Assembly: GCA_963752345.1 (NCBI GenBank)
Contig: CAVVYA010000020.1
Span: 207,229 to 271,228 of the forward strand
Length of the DNA: 64,000 nt
Direction: 5' to 3'
DNA from: an uncultured Alphaproteobacteria bacterium
Lineage (GTDB): Bacteria > Pseudomonadota > Alphaproteobacteria > SMXQ01
Shown: one piece after another, positions 11,898-20,783 of the stretch
Layout of the letters: the number at the start of each line of letters is the position of its first letter
Position numbering within the stretch: the first letter of the stretch is position 1
Translations under genes and position numbers: made by a program
Notes under the pieces: generated by a model
What the model saw: the letters and a program-made list of their open reading frames with translations, nothing else
The model's database searches: none
What the model was told of the DNA's origin: nothing

Positions 11898-12980
11898 CTA
11901 TGGATTGGCACCGCCGGCGGGCTTCGGCTTTTCCGTCTGCAGGTCGCGCACCACGTCGCGGATGACGAGCGCTTCGGCGAGCTTCTTCGCCACCGGCTTA
12001 GGTGCCGCGACGATCTCCTGGACGATTTCCTGCAGCTTCTCGCCGGCCACGGGGTTGAGGTCGAGTTGGGCCTTCTCCGCCTCGGCGAGGAAGCCCGGAT
12101 CCGTCATGGTGGCGTCGAACGCGCGGCGCAGCGCGGTGAGGCGGTCCATCGGCACGTTGGGCGTGGTGAAAATCGGTCGGCCGACCGCGGTCGGCGCCGA
12201 GAGCAGGCGCAGCACCGCGCGGTCCTCGGGGTTCTTCGCCAGGTCCATGAGCAGCGGCACATCCGGCAGGTCGGGCGCCTTCTCCAGGCCGATCTGCACC
12301 AGGATGTTGATCTTCTTCTCCTTGAGCCAGTCGGCCTTGGTCGATTTCCACGACGCCCAGGCGTTCGAGCCGCGTCCCGCCACCTCGCCACGCTCCATGG
12401 CGAGATTGATGTCGGCGCCGCCAGGATAGCCGCTAATGATCTTGAACTTGGTGCCGAGCAGATTGTTCATCACCTGGGGATATTGCGCCGAGGTGTTGGG
12501 GCCGGTGGCGCCGAGCACGATCTCGCGCGTCTTGGCCTGCTCGATCGACGTGACGCCATGGGTGTGCCACAGCGCGGTGGTATTGATGTCGGCGTTCACG
12601 TTGCCGATCCACAGGAGCTTGGTGGCGTCGAACTGCAGGCCGGGCTCCTCGAGCGCCTGCTGCAGCGGCAGCGACTGGTCGGCGGTGGCGATCGTGGTGC
12701 CGTCCTGCGCCGCCACGGTGTAGACATAGCCCGCTGCTTTGCGACTGCCCGCGCCCGTCATCTGCTTCGGAATGATCTTGGGCTGGCCCGGGATGTGTTT
12801 TTCCATGTGGCGCCCGACCACCCGGGCATAGACGTCGTAGCCGCCGCCCTGGGTGAAACCGATGATCAGGTCGATGTTTTTGCCCTTGTAGAACTCGGCC
12901 GGCGATTGCGCCGCGGCCGCGCTCGTCAGGCCGCCCATGGCCAGTGCCAGGCAGAATCCGGACAGAATTGATTTCGGCAT
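11898..12980 (-). CDS. Bug/TctC tripartite tricarboxylate transporter substrate-binding protein
   Basis: Signal peptide, GFTQGGGYDVYAR, MTGAGS, GYPGGADINLAMERGEVAG, RRAFDATMTDP. Confidence 0.9.
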   Translation of the reverse strand: MPKSILSGFCLALAMGGLTSAAAAQSPAEFYKGKNIDLIIGFTQGGGYDVYARVVGRHMEKHIPGQPKIIPKQMTGAGSRKAAGYVYTVAAQDGTTIATADQSLPLQQALEEPGLQFDATKLLWIGNVNADINTTALWHTHGVTSIEQAKTREIVLGATGPNTSAQYPQVMNNLLGTKFKIISGYPGGADINLAMERGEVAGRGSNAWASWKSTKADWLKEKKINILVQIGLEKAPDLPDVPLLMDLAKNPEDRAVLRLLSAPTAVGRPIFTTPNVPMDRLTALRRAFDATMTDPGFLAEAEKAQLDLNPVAGEKLQEIVQEIVAAPKPVAKKLAEALVIRDVVRDLQTEKPKPAGGANP

Positions 12981-13086
12981 CTCAGGCTCCCTGTTTTGTG
13001 GGCGCCGGCCCGGTGGCGCGGCGCCTGTTTCTGGCCTCCGACTGTAACCGGGCGCCGGGCCCCGTCAAGGCGCGCAATTCAGCCGC

Positions 13087-14505
13087 TTAGATCTCGCCAC
13101 GATGAAAGGCCCGGTCGAGCCAGGCGGCGCGCGCCACGAGCTGATGATCGCCATCGACGAAACCGGCCATCTGGAGGCCGAACGGCAGACCGCGCACCGC
13201 CATGAAAGGCAGGGTGAAAACCGGCGCGCCGAGCAGCGAGAAGGGCAGTTGGCAGATCGAATCGCCGGTGCCCTCCTCGACCGTGGGGGCCGGTCCGGGC
13301 GAGGGGATGGCGACGACGCCGTCGGCCAGCGCGGCGAGCTTCGCGAAGGCCTCGCGGAATTTGAGCCGCCAGGCGAGCCCGGCCTGGTATTGCGCCAGGG
13401 TGACGGTCTCGCCCCGCATGATGCGCTGGCGCGCGCGGGCGCCGACCTTGCCCTCGTTCTCCAGCACCACGGGCAGCAGCGGCCAGCGCATCTCGTAGCC
13501 GGTGACGGTGACGAGCATCTCGTTGACCGGCGGAATCAACGCGTCGAACGCGGCGATGTCGGGGTGATCGTCGCGCGTCAGGATGGCGATGCCGGCCCGC
13601 TTCAGCCGCGCGAGGAGATCCTCGAAGATGGCGCGCGATTCACTGTCGGTGTCTTTCCAGCCGAGCGTGTCGATGCGCACGAGGGCCTTGGGCTTGACCG
13701 GCGCGGGCAGGACAGCTTCGCCGTCGAGCGGCCGGAAGCCGGGATGCGGTCCGGCGACCGTCGAAATGGTATGGGCCAGCATCCAGGTATCCTGCAGGCT
13801 GGCGGCCATGGTGCCGAGATGGTTGGTGGTGTGGGAGCCGCCGTCGTCGCCGGCGCGGGTCAGCGCGCCGTGGGTCGGCTTGAAACCGTAGTTGGCGCAG
13901 TAGTTCGCCGGGCGGATGAGCGAGCCTTTGACCTGGGTACCGAGCGCCGCGGGCACGATGCCGGCGCCGACCGACGCGGCCGAGCCGGACGAGGTGCCGC
14001 CGGCGGTGTGCGCCTCGTTGAACGGGTTGCGCGTCAGGATCGGATCGCCCATGGCGAATTCCGGCGTCGTCGTCTTGCCGAGGATCGCCGCGCCGCAACG
14101 CCTCAGCCAATAGACGCAGGCGGCGTCGCGGTGGGTGTGATGGCCCTCGAACAGCCGGCTGCCAAGCTGCGTCGGCATGTCCTTGGTCTCGTAGAGGTCC
14201 TTGACGCCGATCGCCATGCCGTCGACCGGCGAGAGCGGCTTGCCGGCCCTGTAGCGCACGCTCGCCTCGTCGGTCGCCCGGCGCGCGCCTTCGATGTTGA
14301 GCGCGGCAAAGGCCTGCAGCACCGGTTCGCGCGCTTCCAGAATCTCCAGTCCGCGCTCGAGGAAGGCGCGCGGCGTATCGCCGCCGTCGCGGAATTTCGC
14401 GACCGCCTCATGGAACGCGGGCAGGCGCGTGCGCCGCGGATCGTAGTCGTAGACGGCCGTCTTGATGTTGGGGAACGCCGGCTTGGCGCCCACGAAAAAA
14501 CTCAT
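13087..14505 (-). CDS. Amidase signature family protein
   Basis: GVKD, ILGKTTTPEFA, HTAGGTSSGSAASV, LGTQVKGSLIRPANYC. Confidence 0.9.
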   Translation of the reverse strand: MSFFVGAKPAFPNIKTAVYDYDPRRTRLPAFHEAVAKFRDGGDTPRAFLERGLEILEAREPVLQAFAALNIEGARRATDEASVRYRAGKPLSPVDGMAIGVKDLYETKDMPTQLGSRLFEGHHTHRDAACVYWLRRCGAAILGKTTTPEFAMGDPILTRNPFNEAHTAGGTSSGSAASVGAGIVPAALGTQVKGSLIRPANYCANYGFKPTHGALTRAGDDGGSHTTNHLGTMAASLQDTWMLAHTISTVAGPHPGFRPLDGEAVLPAPVKPKALVRIDTLGWKDTDSESRAIFEDLLARLKRAGIAILTRDDHPDIAAFDALIPPVNEMLVTVTGYEMRWPLLPVVLENEGKVGARARQRIMRGETVTLAQYQAGLAWRLKFREAFAKLAALADGVVAIPSPGPAPTVEEGTGDSICQLPFSLLGAPVFTLPFMAVRGLPFGLQMAGFVDGDHQLVARAAWLDRAFHRGEI

Positions 14506-14594
14506 CCGAACCTCCCTCAGAATACTGTTCTATCGGCTTTGTCCCAGTTCAACCCAAAGCGCCGAGCCGCGCAAGCCCGCACGCGCCGCCATCA

Positions 14595-14619
14595 GGAACC
14601 GGCCGGCGCAGGCGCCGTT
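14595..14619 (+). promoter_or_regulatory. sigma-EcfG general stress promoter
   Basis: GGAAC-N16-CGTT exact match, followed by GGAGG RBS and ATG at 14638. Confidence 0.7.
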
Positions 14620-14637
14620 CATCCCTGGGAGGTGGAG

Positions 14638-14733
14638 ATGGACAGATCTGTGATCGCCATACCGGCATCGGCCAGGATCGTCGGCTGCCTGATTGTCGGG
14701 AAGGCACACCGCCCGGCGTTCACCCGGCCATGA
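14638..14733 (+). CDS. Putative 31-aa small protein (MDRSVIAIPASARIVGCLIVGKAHRPAFTRP)
   Basis: GGAGG RBS, upstream EcfG promoter, ATGA overlap with the next ORF; no recognisable family. Confidence 0.4.
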   Translation: MDRSVIAIPASARIVGCLIVGKAHRPAFTRP

Positions 14734-14948
14734 AAAAGGAAAATGCCCGCGAGGCGGTGATCGCCGAATGGTCGCGCTGGGCGCTGCAGCACCTCAAGGG
14801 CAAGGACGCGGCGTCCGCCAGGGACGTCGACCGATTCCTCCGCCACCTGCGCGATCAGCGCCCGACCTTTCTGATGTTCCGCTCCAAGGAAGGCCCCGAG
14901 CAGACGGTGCGCGCCTGGCTGCGCGACGCGGGCGTGACGGGGCAATGA
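14730..14948 (+). CDS. Small hypothetical protein (72 aa)
   Basis: Genome-like codon usage, amphipathic helical Trp-containing sequence, fills the gap between opposite-strand genes. Confidence 0.7.
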   Translation: MKKENAREAVIAEWSRWALQHLKGKDAASARDVDRFLRHLRDQRPTFLMFRSKEGPEQTVRAWLRDAGVTGQ

Positions 14949-15050
14949 GCATCGTTACTTGCTAACCGACCCCGCATCCTTCGGTGCGTTGTTGACTTCG
15001 CCCACTCGCAGTCGAAAGACCACCGCAGGATGTAGCGACACGCATCGCTC
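14947..15050. other. Long imperfect stem-loop (structured RNA or bidirectional terminator candidate)
   Basis: Nested pairings GAGC-ATCGT/ACGCATCGCTC, TTGCTA/TAGCGA, CATCCTTCGGTG/CACCGCAGGATG, GACT/AGTC. Confidence 0.5.
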
Positions 15051-15080
15051 CATTTGGTCGATCGACGCCGTCGAAGCGTT

Positions 15081-16058
15081 TTAAGCCGGCACCTTGGCGA
15101 ACATCGGGCCGTGCACCAGCTTGTTGAGCGGCTTGCCGGCCTGGAACAGCTTCAGGTTGTCGGCGATGATGTTGACGATCGGGTCGATCTTGTCGCCGCC
15201 CGAGCCGGCTGAGTGGGGCGTCATGACCACGTTGGGCATGTCCCACAGCGGGCTTTCCGGATTGAGCGGCTCGACATGCATGACATCGAGCCCGGCGCCG
15301 TAGATCCTGTTGGTCTGGAGGGCCGCGATCATCGCCGGCTCGTCGATCAGCAGGCCGCGCGCGATATTGACGATGACCGAATTCGGCTTGAGCGCGGCAA
15401 TCGCCTGGGCGCCGAGAATATTGTGGGTCGACTCGTCGTAGGTCGCGGCCACCATCACCACGTCGGCTTCGCGCATGGTTTCGACCAGGCGGCCACGCGG
15501 CCGTATCTCGTCGATGTTCGCGATCGGATCGCTGCTGCGGCTGATGCCGATGACACGCATGTCGAAGGCCTTGGCCTTGCGGGCGATGGACTGGCCGATC
15601 GAGCCCACTCCGATGATCACCATGGTGGCCTTCTCGAGCGTGAGAATGACCGGCGAGATCTCGTCGCGCACCCAGGCGCGCTTCGGCCTGGCAGCGAGCG
15701 CATCCATGTGCCGCCGCGTGACGGCGAGCAGCAGCGACATGGCATGCTCGGCCACCTTGTTGGCATGGAACCCGGCCGCGTTGGTCACCGGGATGCCGTC
15801 GGGCAATCCGCTGGCCACCGCTTTGTCGATACCCGAGGTGGTGAACTGGATCCATCGCAGCCGCTTGGCGCCGTCGCGAATAATCTTTGCGGGTTCCGGC
15901 ACATAGACCCGGTTGGACGTGACCAGGATCTCGGTCTCGGGAATCGCCTTGCGCAACTCCTCGTCGGTGTTGGCGGTGAGGATATTCACATCGGGGAAGG
16001 CTTTGGCCAACCGGTCGATGATTTCCTTTTCCTTGGCGGTATAGAACAGCATGTTCAT
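15081..16058 (-). CDS. D-isomer-specific 2-hydroxyacid dehydrogenase
   Basis: GVGSIG Rossmann motif, VNIARG, AGLDV, EPL, MTPHSAG. Confidence 0.92.
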   Translation of the reverse strand: MNMLFYTAKEKEIIDRLAKAFPDVNILTANTDEELRKAIPETEILVTSNRVYVPEPAKIIRDGAKRLRWIQFTTSGIDKAVASGLPDGIPVTNAAGFHANKVAEHAMSLLLAVTRRHMDALAARPKRAWVRDEISPVILTLEKATMVIIGVGSIGQSIARKAKAFDMRVIGISRSSDPIANIDEIRPRGRLVETMREADVVMVAATYDESTHNILGAQAIAALKPNSVIVNIARGLLIDEPAMIAALQTNRIYGAGLDVMHVEPLNPESPLWDMPNVVMTPHSAGSGGDKIDPIVNIIADNLKLFQAGKPLNKLVHGPMFAKVPA

Positions 16059-16213
16059 GGGTATCGGTCTCCCTGAGGCCCGCCGGGGTGGCCGGAATTG
16101 TCATTTCTTTTGGCTTATATTGGGCTGCTACTGTCTCATAAGTCCGGCTGGATTGTCCCTGGTGATTTCCCAACGGATCGCCAACCAGAAACACAGAAAG
16201 GCACGTCTTTTAC

Positions 16214-17026
16214 ATGACCGAGACCGGGAAACTGCACGGCCGCACGGCCATCGTCACGGGGGGCGGCGGAGCCATCGGCGGCGCCATCGCCAGGATCTTC
16301 GGACGCGAGGGGGCCACTGTGCTGTGCGCCGATCTCAAGGGCGAGAACGCCGAGGCGGTCGCCGCCGAGATCACCGCGGCCGGCGGCACAGCGATCGGCG
16401 TCCAGGTCGATGTCGCGCAGCCGGCCGATGCGGAGCGGGTGGCGGAACTCGCCGCGAAAAAATTCGGCAATCTGCGCATCCTGGTCAATGTCGCCGCCGC
16501 GGTGACGCCTGACGGCACGGTGGTCGATCTCTCGCTCGAGGATTGGAACAAGGCGCTCGCGGTCAATCTCACCGGCGCGTTCCTGATGTGCAAGCATGTG
16601 ATCCCGCATATCGCGGCGGCGGGCGGCGGCAGCATCATCAACATCGCCTCCCAGCTCGGCCAGATGGCGGTGCCCAAGCGCTCGCCCTATTGCACCAGCA
16701 AGGCGGCGCTCATTCACTTCTCCAAGGCGCTCGCCATCGATCACGCCGGCGACAATATCCGGGTGAATTCGCTGTCGCCCGGCGCCATCGACACGCCGCG
16801 CGCGCTATGGCGCTACGGCGGCAATCTGGCGGAGGCACGCAAGGCGCGTGGGCCGCTCTATCTGACGGGGCGGCCGGGGACGGTCGACGAAATCGCCAAT
16901 GGCGCCTTGTTTCTGGCGTCGGACGATTCTTCGTTCATGACGGCCGCCGACCTCCTGATCGACGGCGGCTATGTCGCCTTCAAGACCCTGGACTCGAAAA
17001 CCCTGCCGGGGGCGCGCCCGGACTGA
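16214..17026 (+). CDS. Short-chain dehydrogenase/reductase
   Basis: TGGGGAIG, LVNVAA, YCTSK catalytic motif, IRVNSLSPG, IDGG. Confidence 0.93.
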   Translation: MTETGKLHGRTAIVTGGGGAIGGAIARIFGREGATVLCADLKGENAEAVAAEITAAGGTAIGVQVDVAQPADAERVAELAAKKFGNLRILVNVAAAVTPDGTVVDLSLEDWNKALAVNLTGAFLMCKHVIPHIAAAGGGSIINIASQLGQMAVPKRSPYCTSKAALIHFSKALAIDHAGDNIRVNSLSPGAIDTPRALWRYGGNLAEARKARGPLYLTGRPGTVDEIANGALFLASDDSSFMTAADLLIDGGYVAFKTLDSKTLPGARPD

Positions 17027-17057
17027 CGGACACGGATGCCATGCTGAGGCGAAGCTC

Positions 17058-17627
17058 GTGACAACGCCTGCGCTCGAAACGAAGCGGCTTCTCTTGCCGC
17101 CGGTTGCGCTGCGCGACGCTGGCGAGGTTCAGAAGCATTTCAGCAATTGGAATGTCATCCAGCATATCGGCGGCGGCGTTCCGTGGCCCTATCCCGCGGA
17201 TGGCGCGACGGTCTTCCTGCGCGACAATCTGCTGCCGCGCATGGCCCAGGGCATCGCTCACGCCTGGACGCTGCGTCTGCGCGGCGCTGCCGGCAGCGTG
17301 ATCGGCATGGTGGAGTTCCGTCTGCCACCGGGCGCGGAGCCCGATCGCGGCTTCTGGCTGGCGGAGCCCTGGTGGGGACAGGGCCTGATGACCGAGGCGG
17401 TCGAGGCGGTGAACCGATTCGCCTTCGAGGTGCTCCGCCTGGACAGCTTCATCGAGGAAAACGCCGCCGACAATCCCGCCTCCCGCCGCCTGAAGGAGCG
17501 CTCCGGCGCGGTCTATGTCGGCGAGAGACATAGTCCGTATCTGAGCGGCGAGACGCGGTCCGAGATCTGGCGCATCACCGCCGCCGGCTGGCGCGCGGCG
17601 CAGGGTCAGCGGGGCGGCCGGCGTTAG
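17058..17627 (+). CDS. GNAT N-acetyltransferase (RimJ/RimL-like)
   Basis: LETKRLLL, PWPYP, RGFWLAEPWWGQGLMTEA, NPASRRLKE. Confidence 0.88.
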   Translation: MTTPALETKRLLLPPVALRDAGEVQKHFSNWNVIQHIGGGVPWPYPADGATVFLRDNLLPRMAQGIAHAWTLRLRGAAGSVIGMVEFRLPPGAEPDRGFWLAEPWWGQGLMTEAVEAVNRFAFEVLRLDSFIEENAADNPASRRLKERSGAVYVGERHSPYLSGETRSEIWRITAAGWRAAQGQRGGRR

Positions 17628-18706
17628 CGGGCGACCGGCGGTTCCTCAGTTGCCGCTTGGCTTGGCGCCGGAAGCTCCTTGGCATCGCGCGACGTGGTCA
17701 CGTGGCGCACCTTCTCCAGCAGGTCTTTCGGGGCGTCGATCAGATCGGCGATGAGTTGCTGCAACTCGGCGCCGGACATCGGATTGATCTCCATTTTCTG
17801 CTTGGCGGCTTCCGCCTTGAACTCGGCATCGTTCAGCGTGGCGTCGAACGCCGCGCGCAGGGCCGCGATCCGGTCGTTCGGCACGCCCGGCGTGGTGCCG
17901 ACCGGGCGTCCGACCGAAACGGCCTTCGAGACATAATCGAGGATTGCCTGATCCTGCGGAGTCTTGGCCAGGTCGCGCATCAGCGGCACGTTCGGCAGGT
18001 CGCGGTCCTTGCGCACGCCGACCTGCACCAGCAGGTTGATCTTCTTCTCGCTGATGAAGTGCGGCGTGGTCGCGACATAGCTCGCCCACGGATTGGTGGC
18101 GCGGCCCTCGACCTCGCCGCGCTCCATGGCGAGGTTGACGTCGGTGCCGCCGGGATAGCCGAAGATCACCTTGAACTTGGTGCCGATCACGTTGTTCAGC
18201 ACGGCGGGGATCTGGGTCGAGATCGAGCCCGCCCCGGTGGCGCCGATCACCGTCTCGCGCTTCATCGCGTCATCGATCGTCTTGGTCGGCGAGGTGTGCC
18301 AGGTCACGGTGACCTGGTTCGAATTGCTCATGTTGCCGATCCAGTTGAAGGTCTTCATGTCGGCCTGCAGACCTTTGTTGAGGCCGAGCGCCTGGTCCAT
18401 CGGCAGGCCCTGGCTGACCATCGTCAGATGGGTGCCATCCTTGGGCGCCGCCATGGCAATGAAGTTGGCGGCCTGGATGCCGCCGCCGCCCGGCATGTTG
18501 ATCGCGAGCATGGTCGGATTGCCCGGGATGTGCTTGACGATGTGGCGGCCGAGCAGGCGCGAATACTGGTCGTAACCGCCGCCGACATTGGAGCGGATGA
18601 TGAACTGCATCTGCTTGCCCTTGTAGAAATCGGCGACCGGATCGGCCAATGCGCCACCCGAAGCGAGGATGGCCGGAACGATGACGAAATAAAGCGATGC
18701 CTTCAT
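17624..18706 (-). CDS. Bug/TctC substrate-binding protein (paralog of 11898-12980)
   Basis: GGGYDQYSR, MPGGGG, GYPGGTDVNLAMERGEVEGR. Confidence 0.9.
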   Translation of the reverse strand: MKASLYFVIVPAILASGGALADPVADFYKGKQMQFIIRSNVGGGYDQYSRLLGRHIVKHIPGNPTMLAINMPGGGGIQAANFIAMAAPKDGTHLTMVSQGLPMDQALGLNKGLQADMKTFNWIGNMSNSNQVTVTWHTSPTKTIDDAMKRETVIGATGAGSISTQIPAVLNNVIGTKFKVIFGYPGGTDVNLAMERGEVEGRATNPWASYVATTPHFISEKKINLLVQVGVRKDRDLPNVPLMRDLAKTPQDQAILDYVSKAVSVGRPVGTTPGVPNDRIAALRAAFDATLNDAEFKAEAAKQKMEINPMSGAELQQLIADLIDAPKDLLEKVRHVTTSRDAKELPAPSQAATEEPPVAR

Positions 18707-18835
18707 TGCGTCTCTCCCTAGCTGGCGCGTTTATCCGGCGCGCAACGCAGTCAATCGTCCACGCTCTGATGGCGTGGCCGAATTCCGCGGTGCCAGCTTG
18801 AGCGCGCCGGCTCGATCGTTTCCCAGACGCCGTTT

Positions 18836-18850
18836 TGGCGTGTTTGTTGC
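18836..18850 (+). promoter_or_regulatory. Possible sigma-54 promoter
   Basis: TGGCGT-GTTTG-TTGC (GG-N10-GC) about 310 bp upstream of the SDR at 19160. Confidence 0.35.
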
Positions 18851-19159
18851 CATTCTTATAGCATGGGCGCCGCGTTCCGCCGATGCGAAAGCGCGGCGGC
18901 ACGGCACGGCGAGATCGCCCGCGCGAGCCACGGCTCCGGGTCGCCGGCACAGGCGCAGGCGGCGTCGGGCAGGGCAGCCGGGTTGGCCCACGGCTCGGCA
19001 GAGTCGGCCCAGGAACAGCGCTATTCGGTGTTAAGCTCGCCCAGCGCCACGCGCGGCGTGAGCGAAGCACCGGCGTGCCGCAAATGGGAACGCATCGTTG
19101 ACGGACCGTGACACGGCTGCTTGAATGCGCGCCGCTCAAAAAACAAGGGGAAATCAGGG

Positions 19160-19906
19160 ATGAAACTCCAGAATCAGGTGGCGATCGTCACCGGCGCTGG
19201 CCGCAACATCGGCGAAGAAGTCGCCGCCCTGCTGGCCGCCGAAGGCGCCAAGGTCGCGGTCGTCGATATGGACCAGGGCCGCGGCGCCAAGGTCGCCGAC
19301 GCCATCAAGGCGAAGGGCGGCCAGGCGGCGGCCTTCGTCGCCAACGTCGCGGACGAGGCCCAGGTCGAGAAAATGGTCAAGGACGTGGTCGCAACCTTCG
19401 GCGGCGTCGATATCCTGGTCAACAACGCGGCGATCTCCGACAACAAACACATGCTCGAGATTACCAAGGAGGAGTGGGACCGGGTCATCGCCGTGACCCT
19501 GACCGGTCCGTTCCTGGTCGGCCGCGCGGCGGCCAGGCAGATGGTCGCGCAAGGGCGCGGCGGCAAGATCGTCAATGTCGGCTCGACCTCGGGCTTTCGC
19601 GGCCGGTCCCGCGCGCTGGCCTATACGGCGGCCAAGGGCGGCGTCGCCAACCTGACGCGCTCCATGGCGGTGCAGCTCGCGCCCCACAATATCCGGGTCA
19701 ATTGCGTGGCGCCCAACAAGATCGGTTCGCCGGTCGGCAAGGCGGAATTCGATCCGACGCGTCCCGTGGTCAACCTGCGCAACCGGACTGGCCTGCCGGC
19801 CGACCTGGCCAAGGCGGTGCTGTTCCTGGTGTCCGACGATTCCGACTTCATCGTCGGCGACATTCTGTTCGTCGATGGCGGCGTCATGGCCATGGAGCTG
19901 ACCTGA
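19160..19906 (+). CDS. Short-chain dehydrogenase/reductase
   Basis: TGAGRNIG, LVNNAA, YTAAK, IRVNCVAP, VDGG. Confidence 0.93.
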   Translation: MKLQNQVAIVTGAGRNIGEEVAALLAAEGAKVAVVDMDQGRGAKVADAIKAKGGQAAAFVANVADEAQVEKMVKDVVATFGGVDILVNNAAISDNKHMLEITKEEWDRVIAVTLTGPFLVGRAAARQMVAQGRGGKIVNVGSTSGFRGRSRALAYTAAKGGVANLTRSMAVQLAPHNIRVNCVAPNKIGSPVGKAEFDPTRPVVNLRNRTGLPADLAKAVLFLVSDDSDFIVGDILFVDGGVMAMELT

Positions 19907-20034
19907 ACGCGCCGGACAAGCCCCGACAGCGCGAGCCGGGCCGCTAAGGGGTTAACTTGGTTAAGAAAGTCTCACGAAATCACCACGCCGGGGGTGGCTC
20001 CGCCCCTTGTGGCTGGCAAGCGGAACCGCTATAT

Positions 20035-20063
20035 TGCGTTGCAGCATAATTTGATGCATCGCA
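20035..20063 (+). promoter_or_regulatory. Tandem PhaR(AniA)-like operator boxes
   Basis: TGCGTTGCAGCA and TGCATCGCA (TGC-N3-GCA) upstream of a MaoC/PhaJ gene. Confidence 0.55.
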
Positions 20064-20109
20064 AAATGCCCGGCTCGGAAACGAGCCTTGGCCGCAGAGT
20101 GGAGCCAGC

Positions 20110-20607
20110 ATGGTCGTCACCGGCATTTCTCGTAAAAGCGAGTTTCAGGGCTACATGATCGAAGAGCTGACGGTGGGCATGACCGCGGCTTACGCCCGCA
20201 CCGTCACGGAAACCGACATCGTCATGTTCGCCGGTGTGTCGGGCGACATGAACCCGGTCCATATGAACAAGGAATATGCCGAACATACGATCTTCAAGGG
20301 GCAGATTGCCCACGGCATGCTGACGGCGAGCTTCATTTCGACCGTGCTGGGCACCAAGCTGCCCGGGCCGGGCTGTATCTATGTCAGCCAGGACCTGCGC
20401 TTTCGCGCCCCGGTGCGGATTGGCGACACGGTACGCGCCGAGGTCACGGTGAGCGAGGTGCTGCGCGACAAGAAGCGCGTGGTGCTGACCACCAAATGCA
20501 CCGTCGGCGACAAGGTGGTGCTCGATGGCACCGCCGTGATGATGGTGCCGTCGCGCACCGACTTCGCCCCCGACCCGCTGCCCCAGGCCTCTTCCTTCGT
20601 CGCCTAA
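20110..20607 (+). CDS. MaoC-family (R)-specific enoyl-CoA hydratase (PhaJ-like)
   Basis: FAGVSGDMNPVH, IAHGML, LPGPG, FRAPVRIGD. Confidence 0.9.
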   Translation: MVVTGISRKSEFQGYMIEELTVGMTAAYARTVTETDIVMFAGVSGDMNPVHMNKEYAEHTIFKGQIAHGMLTASFISTVLGTKLPGPGCIYVSQDLRFRAPVRIGDTVRAEVTVSEVLRDKKRVVLTTKCTVGDKVVLDGTAVMMVPSRTDFAPDPLPQASSFVA

Positions 20608-20783
20608 CCGACAAATCCCGCCAAGTTCCGTCTTCCCCGCCGCGTGCCGCCGGCCGGCGCCAGCCGCCGCCCGTGATAAGTTTTCCCTCCCAGTCCGCGG
20701 CGCGCAGGCTATAACTCTGCGCCATTGCGGCACGCGGCTTTCGCGCATTTTCAGCCAGGAATTCGAGGCAAAATCACCCGCCG

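Noticed and set aside
14958-15036. Hairpin as an integron attC site
   Set aside because: Ends do not match RYYYAAC...GTTRRRY, it is single-copy, and there is no integrase.
19952-19964. TTAA-N5-TTAA as a CtrA box
   Set aside because: CtrA full sites have a 7-bp spacer; at best a half site.
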